A DNA stretch of 64,000 nt from Capsulimonadaceae bacterium (GTDB taxonomy: Bacteria > Armatimonadota > Armatimonadia > Armatimonadales > Capsulimonadaceae). The position numbers were made by a program, and so were the translations under genes. A model generated the notes under the pieces. It searched no databases. It was not told the DNA's origin and saw nothing but the letters and a program-made list of their open reading frames with translations. Where the stretch lies: assembly GCA_965215505.1 (NCBI GenBank), contig OZ244065.1, positions 3,232,001 through 3,296,000 on the forward strand, written 5' to 3'. Positions within the stretch are counted from its first letter, which is position 1. Each line of letters starts with the position of its first letter. Shown one piece after another: positions 1 to 10,963 of this stretch.

Positions 1-1324
1 GCTCCACGGGGGACTTGGCCGCCAGTGCCTCTTCGACCAGGGCAATCATCTGGGCCAGCGTGGTTTCCGCCCCCGTCCGGGTCACTTCCACCAAGAGGGG
101 CGCGTCGGTGGCGACCGTTCCGCCGGTGACCTCATCGCCGACGCGCTTGGCGACAGGCCGGGCCTCCCCGGACAGCAGGCTTTCATCCACCAGGCATACG
201 CCCTCGGCAACGCGCCCGTCGCTCGGGATGCGCTCGCCGGGCCGGACGATGATGCGGTCGCCGACGCCCAATTTGCCCAGGGCGACTAACACCTCGCGGC
301 CGTCGGCCGTCCGCACGAGGGCCTTCTTCGGCAGCAGGCCGTACAGCAGGGCGATGGCCCCCGAAGCGTCGTGCCGCGCCCCGGCCTCGATGTGCTTCCC
401 GATCATCACCAGGGCGATCAGCATGTCGGCGGTGTCGAAGTAGACGTGGACGCCGCCCTGCGCCACGACCCAGATGCTGTAAACGAAGGACACGGAGACA
501 CCAATGGCGATGAGTGTCTCCATGATCGCCCCGCCCTTGCGCGCCGCGCCCCAGGCCTTGACGAAGATGGGCCAGCCCGCCCAGAGGACGGGGAGCGAGA
601 GGAACATCTCGGCGCGCGGGAGCCAGTGAACGGCGTCCTCGGGGACGCCCTGACGCCAGAAGATGTCGGCATAGAAGGGGAGTTGGAACATCCCCGCGTT
701 GACCGCGAAGGCGATGGCGATGACCGCGCGGATGAACAGGTTCCTGCGCGCCTTGTCCTGCGGGCTGCCCTCTTTGGCCCCGTCCGCGCTGTACGGCTCG
801 GCGCTATAGCCCAGCTTGCGGATCACTGCGGCCACCGACTCGGGTGCGACGCGGGCGGGCTTGTAGACGACTTTGACCAGGTCGGAGGCGAAGTAGACGC
901 GGCACCGCTCGACGCCCTTGAGCTGGCCGACGGCGTGTTCGATGAGCCAGGCGCAAGAGGCGCACCACAGGCCGCCGACCTGGAAGGCGGCTTCCCGAGT
1001 GGTGTTAAGGGTGTCGGTCACGCCCAGGGCTGCGATGGTCGGGGGGGTGACGGCGCGCTCCTGCGCCCCCAGATCGCCCGCCTCTCCAGGCCGCGCGATC
1101 AGCCCCATCTGCAAACACTGCTGGTAGAGGGTCGTCTGCGTCGGGTCCTGGCCTTCGCGAAGCTGGTCGCTCTCGACGAGTATCTGGTAGACCTGGCGGC
1201 AGCCCGCGCAGCAGAAGACGTGCGCCCGTCCGCCGATCTCGGCGGCAAGGGGCGCGTGGGCGGGCAGCCCGCAGAGGTCGCAGAGGGCCTCTGTACTTGA
1301 ACGGTTGCTGATGGCGACGGCCAT
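1..1324 (-). CDS. ccoI: Heavy-metal (Cu) P1B-type ATPase, CcoI/FixI-like; 3' part runs off the window
   Basis: Manual translation from ATG 1324: [21 protein letters not shown]...[11 protein letters not shown] (FixI-type N-terminal metal domain), HMA motif [14 protein letters not shown] helices, actuator sequence PGERIPSDG...DESLLSGE; last gene of the cco cluster. Confidence 0.9.
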   Translation of the reverse strand, partial: MAVAISNRSSTEALCDLCGLPAHAPLAAEIGGRAHVFCCAGCRQVYQILVESDQLREGQDPTQTTLYQQCLQMGLIARPGEAGDLGAQERAVTPPTIAALGVTDTLNTTREAAFQVGGLWCASCAWLIEHAVGQLKGVERCRVYFASDLVKVVYKPARVAPESVAAVIRKLGYSAEPYSADGAKEGSPQDKARRNLFIRAVIAIAFAVNAGMFQLPFYADIFWRQGVPEDAVHWLPRAEMFLSLPVLWAGWPIFVKAWGAARKGGAIMETLIAIGVSVSFVYSIWVVAQGGVHVYFDTADMLIALVMIGKHIEAGARHDASGAIALLYGLLPKKALVRTADGREVLVALGKLGVGDRIIVRPGERIPSDGRVAEGVCLVDESLLSGEARPVAKRVGDEVTGGTVATDAPLLVEVTRTGAETTLAQMIALVEEALAAKSPVE

Positions 1325-1355
1325 GAGGATTCTAGTTTCTAAAGGGCAAGCGGTG

Positions 1356-1511
1356 AAGACGAATGAATGAGTTCACTCGCTCCGCTCAGATTTGTCCAAG
1401 GGACAAGGGAATGGACAAGGGCCATTGTTCCCTGCCGCTGTGTCTCGCATCCCTTCTTTCTGTCCCCTGGACAGGTCCGGCGCGGAGCGAGTGAATGAAT
1501 TCACTCGTCTT
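1356..1511. repeat. Palindromic MITE/REP-like element, family A (about 50-bp imperfect inverted arms)
   Basis: 1356-1405 is inverted at 1461-1511; shares 'tcactcgct...tgtcca.gggaca' with 28655-28853. Confidence 0.75.
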
Positions 1512-1524
1512 TCTCGTCCGTGGC

Positions 1525-1737
1525 TCAGTCATCCTTCGGCGGATGCGCCAGATTGGGGATCTCGGTGATCGGGTGGCGCAGGACCGTGTTCATGGTGTAG
1601 GCGATCAGCCCGCCGAACAGGGCGAGGTTGAAGATAATCAGGAACACGAACAAGGTCAGGCTGGACGGCTTGTTCCGGATCTTCTGGGCGGCGCTGCGCG
1701 TCTCGGTGTATTTGATGTTGCTCCAGGTACGGGGCAT
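1525..1737 (-). CDS. Small single-TM protein at the usual ccoH position
   Basis: 70 aa with one hydrophobic helix; RBS-like aagga upstream; lies between ccoG and ccoI. Confidence 0.7.
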   Translation of the reverse strand: MPRTWSNIKYTETRSAAQKIRNKPSSLTLFVFLIIFNLALFGGLIAYTMNTVLRHPITEIPNLAHPPKDD

Positions 1738-1752
1738 CGGGTCCTTCTTTTC

Positions 1753-3042
1753 TTACGGCGCGGGCGTGTAGAAGATCGTTCGGATCTCCTTCGAGTCGCC
1801 TCCGCTGGACACACGCAGGCGAATCGGCGTCCGCCCGATCTTCAGCGATGCGGCGGGGCCGGTGATCGTGATCGGCACGGTCCGGCTGTCGTGCGCGCCG
1901 AGTGTGACGGATTGGGGCGTGATGCGCGCGCCCGCAATCCCCGCGACCGAGAGCGCGAACGGGGCGGCGTTCGGGTCGCCGCTGCTCAGACTGAGCAGAT
2001 AGCCGTTGCGGACCTCGCTGCCCGTGCGGACGATGTCCCCGCGCGCGTTGAGGCTGGCGGTCGGTGCCCAGTGCCCGTAGATCAGCAGCAGGACGGCGGC
2101 CAGCGAGATGGGAACTGTCAACGCGACCATGGCCCGCCGCCCGTCCCACAGGCCGAGCCGTTGCGGCAAGGTCAAAGCCTTCGTCGAGTGGGCGGGCTGG
2201 GTGCCGTAGCGGAACTCGATCAGGCCCGCCTTGCCGCGCCTGCCTAACACGTCGTTGCAAGAGTCGATGCACTCGCCGCAGCCGATGCAGGCGTGCTGGC
2301 CGACGCCCTTCTTGATGTCAATGCCCATCGGGCAATCCACTTCGCACTTGTGGCAGCCGATGCAGTCGTCGTTGCGCTCAGTCAGATAACGCACGGCCAA
2401 TGTGTTTTGATCCCCCAATGTACTCATCAGCGGCCCGTAAGGGCAGAGGTGGGAGCAGAAGCGGCGGCGCAGCCAGAGCATGTCGGCGGCCAGGACGGCG
2501 GCGGTCAGGTACACGGTCAGGCCGGCAGCCGGGTCCCGCCAGGGTGCCACTGTGGCCGCGAACACGTCACGAGGCGCGAGCCAGTAGCAGGCCAGGATGA
2601 CGCCGGTTCCGAGCGAGGCGGCCAGTATCGCTGAGGTCCAGAGCGACCGGGAGAGCGCGAAACGAGGCTTGCCGGGGCGGGTCTGTAGGGCTTTGTCCAG
2701 GCGCTTTCGGAGCGAGTCGGCGAAGTCGGAAGCTAAGGTCTGGGGGCAGACCCAGCCGCACCAGAGCCGGCCGTAGAGGAAGGAAACGGCGGACAGCAGG
2801 GCCGTTCCGAGCATGGAGACCCAGAACAGCAGGAACAGGTCATGGGCGGCCATCTTGTGCCAGCCGAAATAGAACTCGTCCCGCCTCATGTCCAGCCGCA
2901 GGCCGTTGGTCAGCGGCAGGGCGACGAGGAGCGCCCCGCAGAGCAGTTGCAGGAGGCGTCGCGGCGCGTGCCACTTGGCGTTGCCGTTCGGGGCGCGCGT
3001 CAGTGTCGGCGTCTGAATAAGGCGGTCGGTCAGGTCGATCAT
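1753..3042 (-). CDS. ccoG: CcoG/FixG-like membrane 4Fe-4S protein
   Basis: GRLWCGWVCPQT, FCSHLCPYG, CIGCHKCEVDCP and CIGCGECIDSC motifs, then a C-terminal soluble domain; start taken at ATG 3042. Confidence 0.9.
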   Translation of the reverse strand: MIDLTDRLIQTPTLTRAPNGNAKWHAPRRLLQLLCGALLVALPLTNGLRLDMRRDEFYFGWHKMAAHDLFLLFWVSMLGTALLSAVSFLYGRLWCGWVCPQTLASDFADSLRKRLDKALQTRPGKPRFALSRSLWTSAILAASLGTGVILACYWLAPRDVFAATVAPWRDPAAGLTVYLTAAVLAADMLWLRRRFCSHLCPYGPLMSTLGDQNTLAVRYLTERNDDCIGCHKCEVDCPMGIDIKKGVGQHACIGCGECIDSCNDVLGRRGKAGLIEFRYGTQPAHSTKALTLPQRLGLWDGRRAMVALTVPISLAAVLLLIYGHWAPTASLNARGDIVRTGSEVRNGYLLSLSSGDPNAAPFALSVAGIAGARITPQSVTLGAHDSRTVPITITGPAASLKIGRTPIRLRVSSGGDSKEIRTIFYTPAP

Positions 3043-3125
3043 TGCAAGCAAAAGAACGGGGCAGGCAAAAAGAAAAAGGCAGGCGCGTTTGCGCCCGCCC
3101 TCTTTAGTATACCTGAAACGGCGGC

Positions 3126-3992
3126 CTAGAAGATCGAACCCGGTGCGACGCGGTTCGTCGGCGAGAGGGCGTCGCCGCCGTGGACCGGCGTCGCCGCCCG
3201 GTTGACCTGGCCCTGGCCCGCGTTCTGCGTGTACTGCTGGTCCTCGGGCTTTAGCCACGGACGCCACCCACCGTTACCATCCGGCACTTTGCGGCCAAAG
3301 CCTAACGTCTGGACATAGGCGACGAGGTCGCGGGCGTCATCGTTGGGGATCGGGTTGGTCTTGTCCGAGTCGTTGAACAGCCAGGTGAAAGCGGGCATGA
3401 TCGAGCCGGGGACCATCTGGCGCGGGTAGTAGAAGTGCGAATAGTGCCAGTCGTCACTGTACTTGCCGCCCTCGCGGGACAGGTCCGGGCCGATGCGCCG
3501 GGTCCCGAGGAAGTGGGGCTGGTCCCAGATGTACTCGCGCTCGTCGGCGATGGGCGCGACCGAGGTGCCGATGGAGTACCGCTCGATCTCGTGCGTCAGG
3601 GGCCGGATCTGCTGCGAATGGCAGTACATACAGCCCTCGCGCTGGTAGATGCGCCGCCCATGTTCCTGCTTGTCGGTATAGCCGGTCAGCTCCTCATTGC
3701 CCGCCGTGCGGATGTCGCCGGTGAATAGCTTGGGGGCGCGGTTCTCGCGGGCGGCCGCCGCAAGCTCGGACTTGGCATAAATGGCGTGGTAGCGGCCCGC
3801 ATCGCGGGCGGTGTTCTGCGACCAGTTCTCGTTGAAGGACGGGATGATCGAGACGAACACCAGACCGATGATGAAGGTCATGCTGATGCCCAGGCCGGTC
3901 AGCAGCGCGCTCTTCTCCGGCACCTGCCGGATGATGGCGAGCAGGATGCCGACCAGCACGACGAACAGCAGTGGGATGAGATACTCTAACAT
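3126..3992 (-). CDS. ccoO: cbb3-type cytochrome c oxidase subunit II
   Basis: GRRIYQREGCMYCHSQQIR, GTRRIGPDLSREGGK, VPGSIMP; two N-terminal TM helices. Confidence 0.95.
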   Translation of the reverse strand: MLEYLIPLLFVVLVGILLAIIRQVPEKSALLTGLGISMTFIIGLVFVSIIPSFNENWSQNTARDAGRYHAIYAKSELAAAARENRAPKLFTGDIRTAGNEELTGYTDKQEHGRRIYQREGCMYCHSQQIRPLTHEIERYSIGTSVAPIADEREYIWDQPHFLGTRRIGPDLSREGGKYSDDWHYSHFYYPRQMVPGSIMPAFTWLFNDSDKTNPIPNDDARDLVAYVQTLGFGRKVPDGNGGWRPWLKPEDQQYTQNAGQGQVNRAATPVHGGDALSPTNRVAPGSIF

Positions 3993-4013
3993 AAGGTTAT
4001 CTTTAGACTATTT

Positions 4014-5513
4014 CTAGACGGTCGCCGTCAGCGACTTGGGCGTCCGAGACGTGTCATCGAGCCGGCCCGCGCCGTCGTCTCCGTCCATCGTGTCCACAGC
4101 CGGGCCGGTCGCCGTCTTGTACAGGTTGAAGGCGAACAGGAACAGGCCCGTCACCATCAGGGCCGCGCCGCCCGCGCGGACGTGCCAGAACGGCTTCATG
4201 TGGTCCACGGTCGTGATGAACGGCAGGGAGGGGTTGTTCCACTCCATTCCCTGGTTGAAGCCGCCGATCCACAGGGCGGTGCTGAACAGGATGAAGCCCA
4301 GAAACGACAGCCAGAAGTGCCAGTCGGCCATGCCCTCGGAATACAGAGGCCGCTTGTACATGCGCGGCACGGCGTAGTAGCAGCCCGCGAAGGCGTAGAA
4401 GGTCACGAAGCCGAACATCGCCATGTGCGAGTGGCCGATCACCCAGTCGGTGAAGTGGGTCACGGCGTTCAGGGCGCGCAGGGCCTGGAAGGACCCCTGC
4501 GTCGAGACCAGCAGGTAGAAAATAGTCCCGGCGATGATAAACTTCAGCGGGACGTTCGTGCGGAGCTGATGCCACTCGCCCCGGATGGTGCCGAAGAAGT
4601 TGGTGACGGCGGACAGGACCGGGACGAACAGCAGGAACGAGAAGATGGTCGCCACCGTCTGGAGCCAGTACGGGATCGGCCCGTAGATCATGTGGTGCGC
4701 GCCGTTCCAGATGTAGATCGAGCCTAACGTCCAGAATCCGATCAGGGACAGCTTGTGGCTGTAGAGCGGCGCGTTGGCCGTCTTCGGCAGGAAGTAGTAG
4801 GCGGTCGCAAGAGCCGCAGGGGTCGCGATCAGGCCGACGACGCTATGCCCGTAGAACCAGTTGACGTTGGCGTCGTTCAGGCCCATGAAGGCGGTCGAGG
4901 GGAAGAGCTGCGAGGGCCAGTTGCCGATGACGTAAACGAACGAGGTCCAGAGGACGCATCCCATGGTGTACCACAGGGCGACATACATCTGCTTGTAGGT
5001 GCGGCGCAGGAAGGTCTGGAAGATGTTGACGGTCAGCATGATCCAGCCGGCGACGATGAAGATGCTGGACGCGATCGGCCACTCCTCATACTCTTTGCCC
5101 TTCGTGCTCCACCAGGGGTTGATGGTGTCGGTCGGGTTCAGGACGCCCAGCACCATCAGCGCGACGCCGAAGGACCAGGTGAGGGTGGCGGCGATGCCCA
5201 GCTTCTCGCTCCACAGCCGAGTGCCGGTCAGGCGCGGGACCATGTAGTAGAACATGGACATGAAGACGGGCAAGGCCCAGCCGAAGATCATGCCCTGGAC
5301 GTGGACGGGCCGGATGCGCGGCCAGGAGAGCCAGTTGAACCCGTAGAAGAGGTCCGGCACCATGAACTTGATCGAGGCGATCAGGCCGATGACCCCGAAG
5401 AAGACGAGGTAGCCGACGCCCGCCCACAAGGCCCATTTGGCGGCGAGGTCTTCGTGCTGGATGCGCTCCGCCTCCGAAGAGGGCTGCATCCGCATTATCT
5501 GTTGGACTGCCAT
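4014..5513 (-). CDS. ccoN: cbb3-type cytochrome c oxidase subunit I
   Basis: RIRPVH, KEYEE, WFYGHSVVG, YIWNGAHH (helix VII Tyr plus CuB His pair), WVIGHSH; about 12 TM. Confidence 0.95.
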   Translation of the reverse strand: MAVQQIMRMQPSSEAERIQHEDLAAKWALWAGVGYLVFFGVIGLIASIKFMVPDLFYGFNWLSWPRIRPVHVQGMIFGWALPVFMSMFYYMVPRLTGTRLWSEKLGIAATLTWSFGVALMVLGVLNPTDTINPWWSTKGKEYEEWPIASSIFIVAGWIMLTVNIFQTFLRRTYKQMYVALWYTMGCVLWTSFVYVIGNWPSQLFPSTAFMGLNDANVNWFYGHSVVGLIATPAALATAYYFLPKTANAPLYSHKLSLIGFWTLGSIYIWNGAHHMIYGPIPYWLQTVATIFSFLLFVPVLSAVTNFFGTIRGEWHQLRTNVPLKFIIAGTIFYLLVSTQGSFQALRALNAVTHFTDWVIGHSHMAMFGFVTFYAFAGCYYAVPRMYKRPLYSEGMADWHFWLSFLGFILFSTALWIGGFNQGMEWNNPSLPFITTVDHMKPFWHVRAGGAALMVTGLFLFAFNLYKTATGPAVDTMDGDDGAGRLDDTSRTPKSLTATV

Positions 5514-5528
5514 TTTCTTATTTCCTAC

Positions 5529-6539
5529 CTACATGCCGCCGCCGCCGGCTCCGGCGGGGGTCGCCGTGCCGGAGGGCGTGGTCGGCGGGGCCTGAACGCC
5601 GCCGGTCGTCTGGTCAGTGGGCGCGTTCCGATTGACGTTGTCGGCTGCGGCCGGATTGGCCGAGCCAGACTGCGAGGGCGGCGCGGTGCTGGTCGCGGCG
5701 GCGGGGTTGCCTTCCACCTCCGGCGTGATCGGGGCGGGCGAGTTGGAGACGCTGCCGCCGCGCACCGACGACCCACCGGCCGTGCCGGTGGTCGAGCCGG
5801 AAGGCGACTTGCCGGCCCCGGACATCCCACCGTTCGCGTCCGGCTGGGTCATGCCGGGCGGCGTCGCGAGTTGGGCGGTCGTCGTGTCCGTGCCCTGAGT
5901 CGGCATGTTCCAGGTCAGGCTCAAGACGTAGGCGATCACTTCCTGGATCTCATGCTCACTCAGCGTGTTCTCCCAGCGCGGCATGGCTGTGCCGTGGACG
6001 CCGTAGTGCAGGCTGGTGTTGATACGCTGGTAGTTCAAGGTCTCGCGCATGAACGGCCCATCGTGCAGGTTGCGCGGCTTGGGGTTCAGCGAGGAGGCAT
6101 TGACGCCGTTGCCGTCCTGGTTCGGCCCGTGGCAGCCGATGCAGTAGCTCTGGTAAATCTTGGGGCCGCTGCTGCCGGTCGCCGAAGCCAGCGACTCGCC
6201 GCCGAGGAATGGCACGAGTTGGGTCATGTCGGCCTGCTTGGCGCTATTGCCGACGGCGGCCTGCGTGTTGAGCTGGCTCTGGATAGAGGCCAGGCTCTCC
6301 GCCGAGCCACTCGTCGGCTTGAAGCCGCCGCCGACCTTGGGGCCTAATGCGCCGCCGACGAACAGGTAGATGAGGGCGGCGGCGATCACCGTCCCCCACA
6401 GGACGTACAGCAGGGGGCTGACGCGCGTGTTCTCCAGCTCCTTGACTTCGCCGCCGGAGTAGTAGTGAAAGCCGGGCCGCTGCGGGTCCGTCTCGTTCGC
6501 CGGGTCCGCTTCGGGGCCGGATTTGTACGACTGTGCCAT
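5529..6539 (-). CDS. Membrane-anchored monoheme cytochrome c, CcoP-like, with long P/T/S/G/A-rich tail
   Basis: N-terminus HYYSGGEVKELEN plus TM resembles the CcoP N-terminus; one CIGCH and distal AMP. Confidence 0.8.
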   Translation of the reverse strand: MAQSYKSGPEADPANETDPQRPGFHYYSGGEVKELENTRVSPLLYVLWGTVIAAALIYLFVGGALGPKVGGGFKPTSGSAESLASIQSQLNTQAAVGNSAKQADMTQLVPFLGGESLASATGSSGPKIYQSYCIGCHGPNQDGNGVNASSLNPKPRNLHDGPFMRETLNYQRINTSLHYGVHGTAMPRWENTLSEHEIQEVIAYVLSLTWNMPTQGTDTTTAQLATPPGMTQPDANGGMSGAGKSPSGSTTGTAGGSSVRGGSVSNSPAPITPEVEGNPAAATSTAPPSQSGSANPAAADNVNRNAPTDQTTGGVQAPPTTPSGTATPAGAGGGGM

Positions 6540-6629
6540 GAATGAATCCTTGCTAGCGCCTCAAAGGAAGGCCAGGCGAGAGAAAGGGGGCCAATACACC
6601 CCGGAAAGTGGGCGCGATGAATCGCGCCC

Positions 6630-8417
6630 CTATTGCTGGTCTTTGTAATCCGCCGGCAGGTCCTGGTCGGGCGAGACGGGCCGGGCGGTGGACTTGGACG
6701 GGCGCAGGGAACCGTCGTACAGGGACAGGGCCGCGCGCTGCGAGTTCGAGAACGGGAAGATGGGCATGATGGAGCCGGGCACGAAGGCCTGCGGGTTCTT
6801 GTAATGCTCCACCATCCACTTCTGCGAGTGGCGCGTCCCTTCCCAGGACAGCTCGGGGCCGGCGACGCCGCCCTTGCCGAACTTGGGGTCGCCGGTCTGG
6901 TGCGGCTTGTCCGGGTTGCCGATGTAGTGGCAGGAGTAGCAGCCGGACTGCTCGAAGACCTGCTTGCCTGCCGCCGCCGTCAGCGGCACCTCGGCGGGCC
7001 GGGCGATGTTGTAGGCCGCGATGGTGCTGAAGCGGCTGGCCTGGCTGTCGGCGTAGTTCTGGCCGGTCTGCGAGTCTACAAAGGTGACGAGCGCGTCCAC
7101 ATCCGCCTGCCGCGTGGCGTCGGCGATGTAGCCGTGCTGGCGCAGGGTCGTTGCGATGTCTTCCTCATAGTCCGGGTTGATTTGGCCCTTGACCGGCTCG
7201 ACGGCGACCGGCGCGAGTTTAGCGGTCTGGGCGCGCTTGTCCACGATCTCGGTCTGGCGGACCGGGTCGGTGTCGTCCGTGTTGTTCGCGCGGAAGGCGA
7301 AAAAGTACGGCATGACGCAGGAGGCGACCTTGTAGCGCGGGTCCCAGATCTGGTGCGCGATGGCCGTCGTGCCGCCCGCCGCCCGGCCCTCGTAGGTCAG
7401 CTCGGGGCCGACGTTGCCCTTGGAGAAGCCCTCGATCTTGTGGCAGCCGTAGCAGGCCTGTGCCTTGAACAACTGCTCGCCCCGCGCGATGGTCGCCATC
7501 TGCGGCTGGTTCGCCACATAGTTCACGGCCGCCGCCGTCAGGTGGTTCTTGGGGTCGGCGACATACGCCTGCACTTCGTCCTCGGACACGTCCTGGCCGT
7601 CGAGCAGCTTGATGATGCGCGAGGCGGACAGGGGGGCCTGGTAGCCGATGGCGAAATTGGTGGAGTCGTACTGGGCGTGGCACTGGGCGCAGGCCGCCTC
7701 CATGTACTTCGCGGGCAGCATCGGCGTCTGCGACATCTCCGGGTTGCCGTGGGCGGCGTCCTGGATCAGCTCGCGGCCCGTGCCGTAGTGGCAGGTGGTG
7801 CAGCCGAAGGTCGGGAAGGGGTGCTGCTTGAGGTTGATCTTCTGGTACTGGTAGTCCTTGGTGTCCGCCTCGGTGACGCTGGCCTCGGTCGCGATGCCGT
7901 AGGTGAAGTTCGGCCCGTGGATGACGCCGAGGTCGCGCGACTGGTCCCCCGCCTCGATGCGGATGCCGGGGTGCGCGCCCAATGTCTTGATCAGTTCCAG
8001 CGTGTCCTTGTGCGCGGGGTCATTCAGATAGGCGGCAAGGTCGGCCGTCTGGACCGTCTTGTGGTCCACGGTCGCGATGATCTTCTCGGCCGTCATGCTG
8101 GGGTTGGCGAGGCCGACGTGGCAGGACTGGCAGCGGTCCACGCGCTGCTGCTCGGTGCCGTCCGCCTTGATGAGCGGGAACTGGAGGACGGTGACCTGCT
8201 TGACCTCCTCGGCGGCATTGAGGGCGGCTTCCTTGACGGCGTCGCTCTGGGCAAGGTCGGCGGAGATGGTACGGTAGTGGCCCTGCCAGTAGCGGAAATC
8301 GGGCGTGTCCGCGTTCTGATTGTTCCAGGTTGCTTTGTAAAGGGTGAAACCCACAAGTAACAGCAACGCGACGCTCCAGAAGGCGAACTTGGAGACCATT
8401 GACTTGAAGCCAAACAT
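6630..8417 (-). CDS. Membrane-anchored pentaheme cytochrome c
   Basis: N-terminal TM; CQSCH, CTTCH, CAQCH, CYGCH, CYSCH. Confidence 0.9.
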   Translation of the reverse strand: MFGFKSMVSKFAFWSVALLLLVGFTLYKATWNNQNADTPDFRYWQGHYRTISADLAQSDAVKEAALNAAEEVKQVTVLQFPLIKADGTEQQRVDRCQSCHVGLANPSMTAEKIIATVDHKTVQTADLAAYLNDPAHKDTLELIKTLGAHPGIRIEAGDQSRDLGVIHGPNFTYGIATEASVTEADTKDYQYQKINLKQHPFPTFGCTTCHYGTGRELIQDAAHGNPEMSQTPMLPAKYMEAACAQCHAQYDSTNFAIGYQAPLSASRIIKLLDGQDVSEDEVQAYVADPKNHLTAAAVNYVANQPQMATIARGEQLFKAQACYGCHKIEGFSKGNVGPELTYEGRAAGGTTAIAHQIWDPRYKVASCVMPYFFAFRANNTDDTDPVRQTEIVDKRAQTAKLAPVAVEPVKGQINPDYEEDIATTLRQHGYIADATRQADVDALVTFVDSQTGQNYADSQASRFSTIAAYNIARPAEVPLTAAAGKQVFEQSGCYSCHYIGNPDKPHQTGDPKFGKGGVAGPELSWEGTRHSQKWMVEHYKNPQAFVPGSIMPIFPFSNSQRAALSLYDGSLRPSKSTARPVSPDQDLPADYKDQQ

Positions 8418-8479
8418 GAGGTGTTTCTATCTACGCCGCTCACACTCAGGGGCGGCGCTCGGGAAGTCAGGGAAAGGCG

Positions 8480-9019
8480 TTACTGCACTTCCGGCGGCAT
8501 GTTGCCGGGCCAGTACCAGTTCCAGTTCGGGCCGCGGAAGTACTGGCCGATGATGATCAGCACGACGACCGCGATGACGTAGAGCGTCCACAGCGCGCAG
8601 GCAGTTCGGCGGCTCTTGGCGAACCAGCGCCCGATGCCGCTGTGGTGCCGGTCCACATAGGGGATCGCCATCAGGCCGATGACGACCAGGCCGGGGATGC
8701 CCAGGCCGCCCCAGAAGGCGTCATAGGCGACCAGCTCCTGGAGGCCCAGGAAGTACCAGGGCGCTTTGGCCGGGTTCGGCGGCTTCAGCGGGTTCGCTTC
8801 CAGCTCTAGTGGCGGCGGCTTGAAGACGCACAAAGCGAGGATGATGGCGAAGCAGGCCGCAAACAGGGCCGCCTCACGAATCAGGAGGTGCGGCCAGGAC
8901 GAAACCATGTCGTCCGGCCCCCGGTCCACGCGCGTGGACGACCCCTTGACCAGCTCCATCAGGCCGTAGGTCTTGTTGGGGTTGCGCGGGAAGATCTCTT
9001 CTTCTCGGATACGTTTCAT
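8480..9019 (-). CDS. Cytochrome b C-terminal subunit (subunit IV, PetD/QcrC-like)
   Basis: WPHLL...PPLELEANP..PNPAKAPWYFLGLQEL (PEWY-equivalent); 3 TM. Confidence 0.9.
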   Translation of the reverse strand: MKRIREEEIFPRNPNKTYGLMELVKGSSTRVDRGPDDMVSSWPHLLIREAALFAACFAIILALCVFKPPPLELEANPLKPPNPAKAPWYFLGLQELVAYDAFWGGLGIPGLVVIGLMAIPYVDRHHSGIGRWFAKSRRTACALWTLYVIAVVVLIIIGQYFRGPNWNWYWPGNMPPEVQ

Positions 9020-9039
9020 AGTGGTTTAGAGTGCTTCTA

Positions 9040-9233
9040 GGAACCCACCCCGCGACAAGTCGCTTCCCCTCCCGAAACGGGAGGGGCGGCGGGAGGGTTG
9101 TCGGGAGATTCCGTCTTCTTGACTGCGCCTTTTAACGGGAATGCCACACGGTCATCCCGCCAGACCTTCCGATCACCTTCTCAGCCCCCCCTCACGTCTC
9201 GGGAGGGGAAGCGACTTGTCGCGGGGTGGATTC
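9040..9233. repeat. Palindromic REP-like element, family B (inverted pair)
   Basis: 'gaacccaccccgcgacaagtcgcttcccctcccga' at 9040 inverted near 9195-9233; related copies at about 49901-49950 and 58005-58040. Confidence 0.8.
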
Positions 9234-9251
9234 GGGAGGTCTAGAGATTGC

Positions 9252-10169
<918 letters not shown>

Positions 10170-10212
10170 GGCGCTTGCTTTCTCTCTAGTCTTCGAGACG
10201 CGGGAGGGCTTC

Positions 10213-10692
10213 TCAGACCACCGTATAATAGTGGCCGGGATCGCCGAACTTCTTGCTCTTGTCTACTTCCAGATCGCCGCTCGGGGTCAGGGCGATGTCG
10301 AACCAGTACAAGGCGATCTGCGCGGGGCCGTGGGTGACGTTGCCCATGTCATCGTACTTGGAGCCGTGGCAGGGGCAGTCGTAGCCGGTCGGCGAGGCGG
10401 CGACGGTGCAGCCGAGGTGCTGGCAGACCATCGAGATCGCGCCAAGCTTCTCGCCGTGCCGGATGATCGAGACCTTCTGGTCGGCGATGTTCTGCTTGGC
10501 CCCGTCGGGGAAGTTGGTGGGCTTGCCGATGGAGAACTTGGAGGGGGGGCCGTAGGAGACGTTCGGCCAGAAGAATTTGCCGAAGATGCCCAGAGCACCC
10601 ACCGACCCGACCCCGATCAGGCCCCACGTCGAGAGGGATAGAAAATTACGCCGCGTCAGCTCCTGCTTCTCGCGGTCATAGTTGATTGCCAT
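10213..10692 (-). CDS. Rieske 2Fe-2S subunit (PetC/QcrA-like)
   Basis: Tat motif TRRNFL plus TM; CQHLGC and CPCHGSKY. Confidence 0.95.
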   Translation of the reverse strand: MAINYDREKQELTRRNFLSLSTWGLIGVGSVGALGIFGKFFWPNVSYGPPSKFSIGKPTNFPDGAKQNIADQKVSIIRHGEKLGAISMVCQHLGCTVAASPTGYDCPCHGSKYDDMGNVTHGPAQIALYWFDIALTPSGDLEVDKSKKFGDPGHYYTVV

Positions 10693-10723
10693 ACTTACTT
10701 CCTAGTGTCCCAGTCCAAGTGTC

Positions 10724-10870
10724 CTAGTCGTCCTCTTCGTCGCGGAAGACGATATACTTAGCGTCTTCGGCGTTCTCGAAGGCACCATTCTTGACGCCCC
10801 ATAGGAAGAAGATCAGGGCGATCATCCCCATGGTCCCGCCCGCGATCAGCAATGTCCAGATGCTCGCCAT
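10724..10870 (-). CDS. ccoS: cbb3 oxidase assembly protein CcoS
   Basis: 48 aa: TM then FLWGVKNGAFENAEDAKYIVF; GGAGG RBS upstream of ATG 10870. Confidence 0.85.
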   Translation of the reverse strand: MASIWTLLIAGGTMGMIALIFFLWGVKNGAFENAEDAKYIVFRDEEDD

Positions 10871-10918
10871 GGCCGCCTCCCTCCCGAATGAGTCTTCAGA
10901 GGCACTTTCGTTAGCATC

Positions 10919-10948
10919 ATTATACATTTGGGGGCGCGCGATTGTCAA
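10919..10948 (-). promoter_or_regulatory. Sigma70-type promoter of the respiratory operon
   Basis: Minus strand TTGACA (10948-10943) N18 TATAAT (10924-10919). Confidence 0.8.
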
Positions 10949-10963
10949 CAAAAATGGGGGGCA

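Noticed and set aside
4014-5513. Nitric oxide reductase NorB
   Set aside because: Helix VII Tyr and the ccoO, ccoG, ccoI, ccoS context indicate a C-family oxygen reductase
4755-8360. Long plus-strand ORFs of 530 and 575 aa
   Set aside because: Antisense shadows of motif-rich cytochrome genes, common in high-GC DNA
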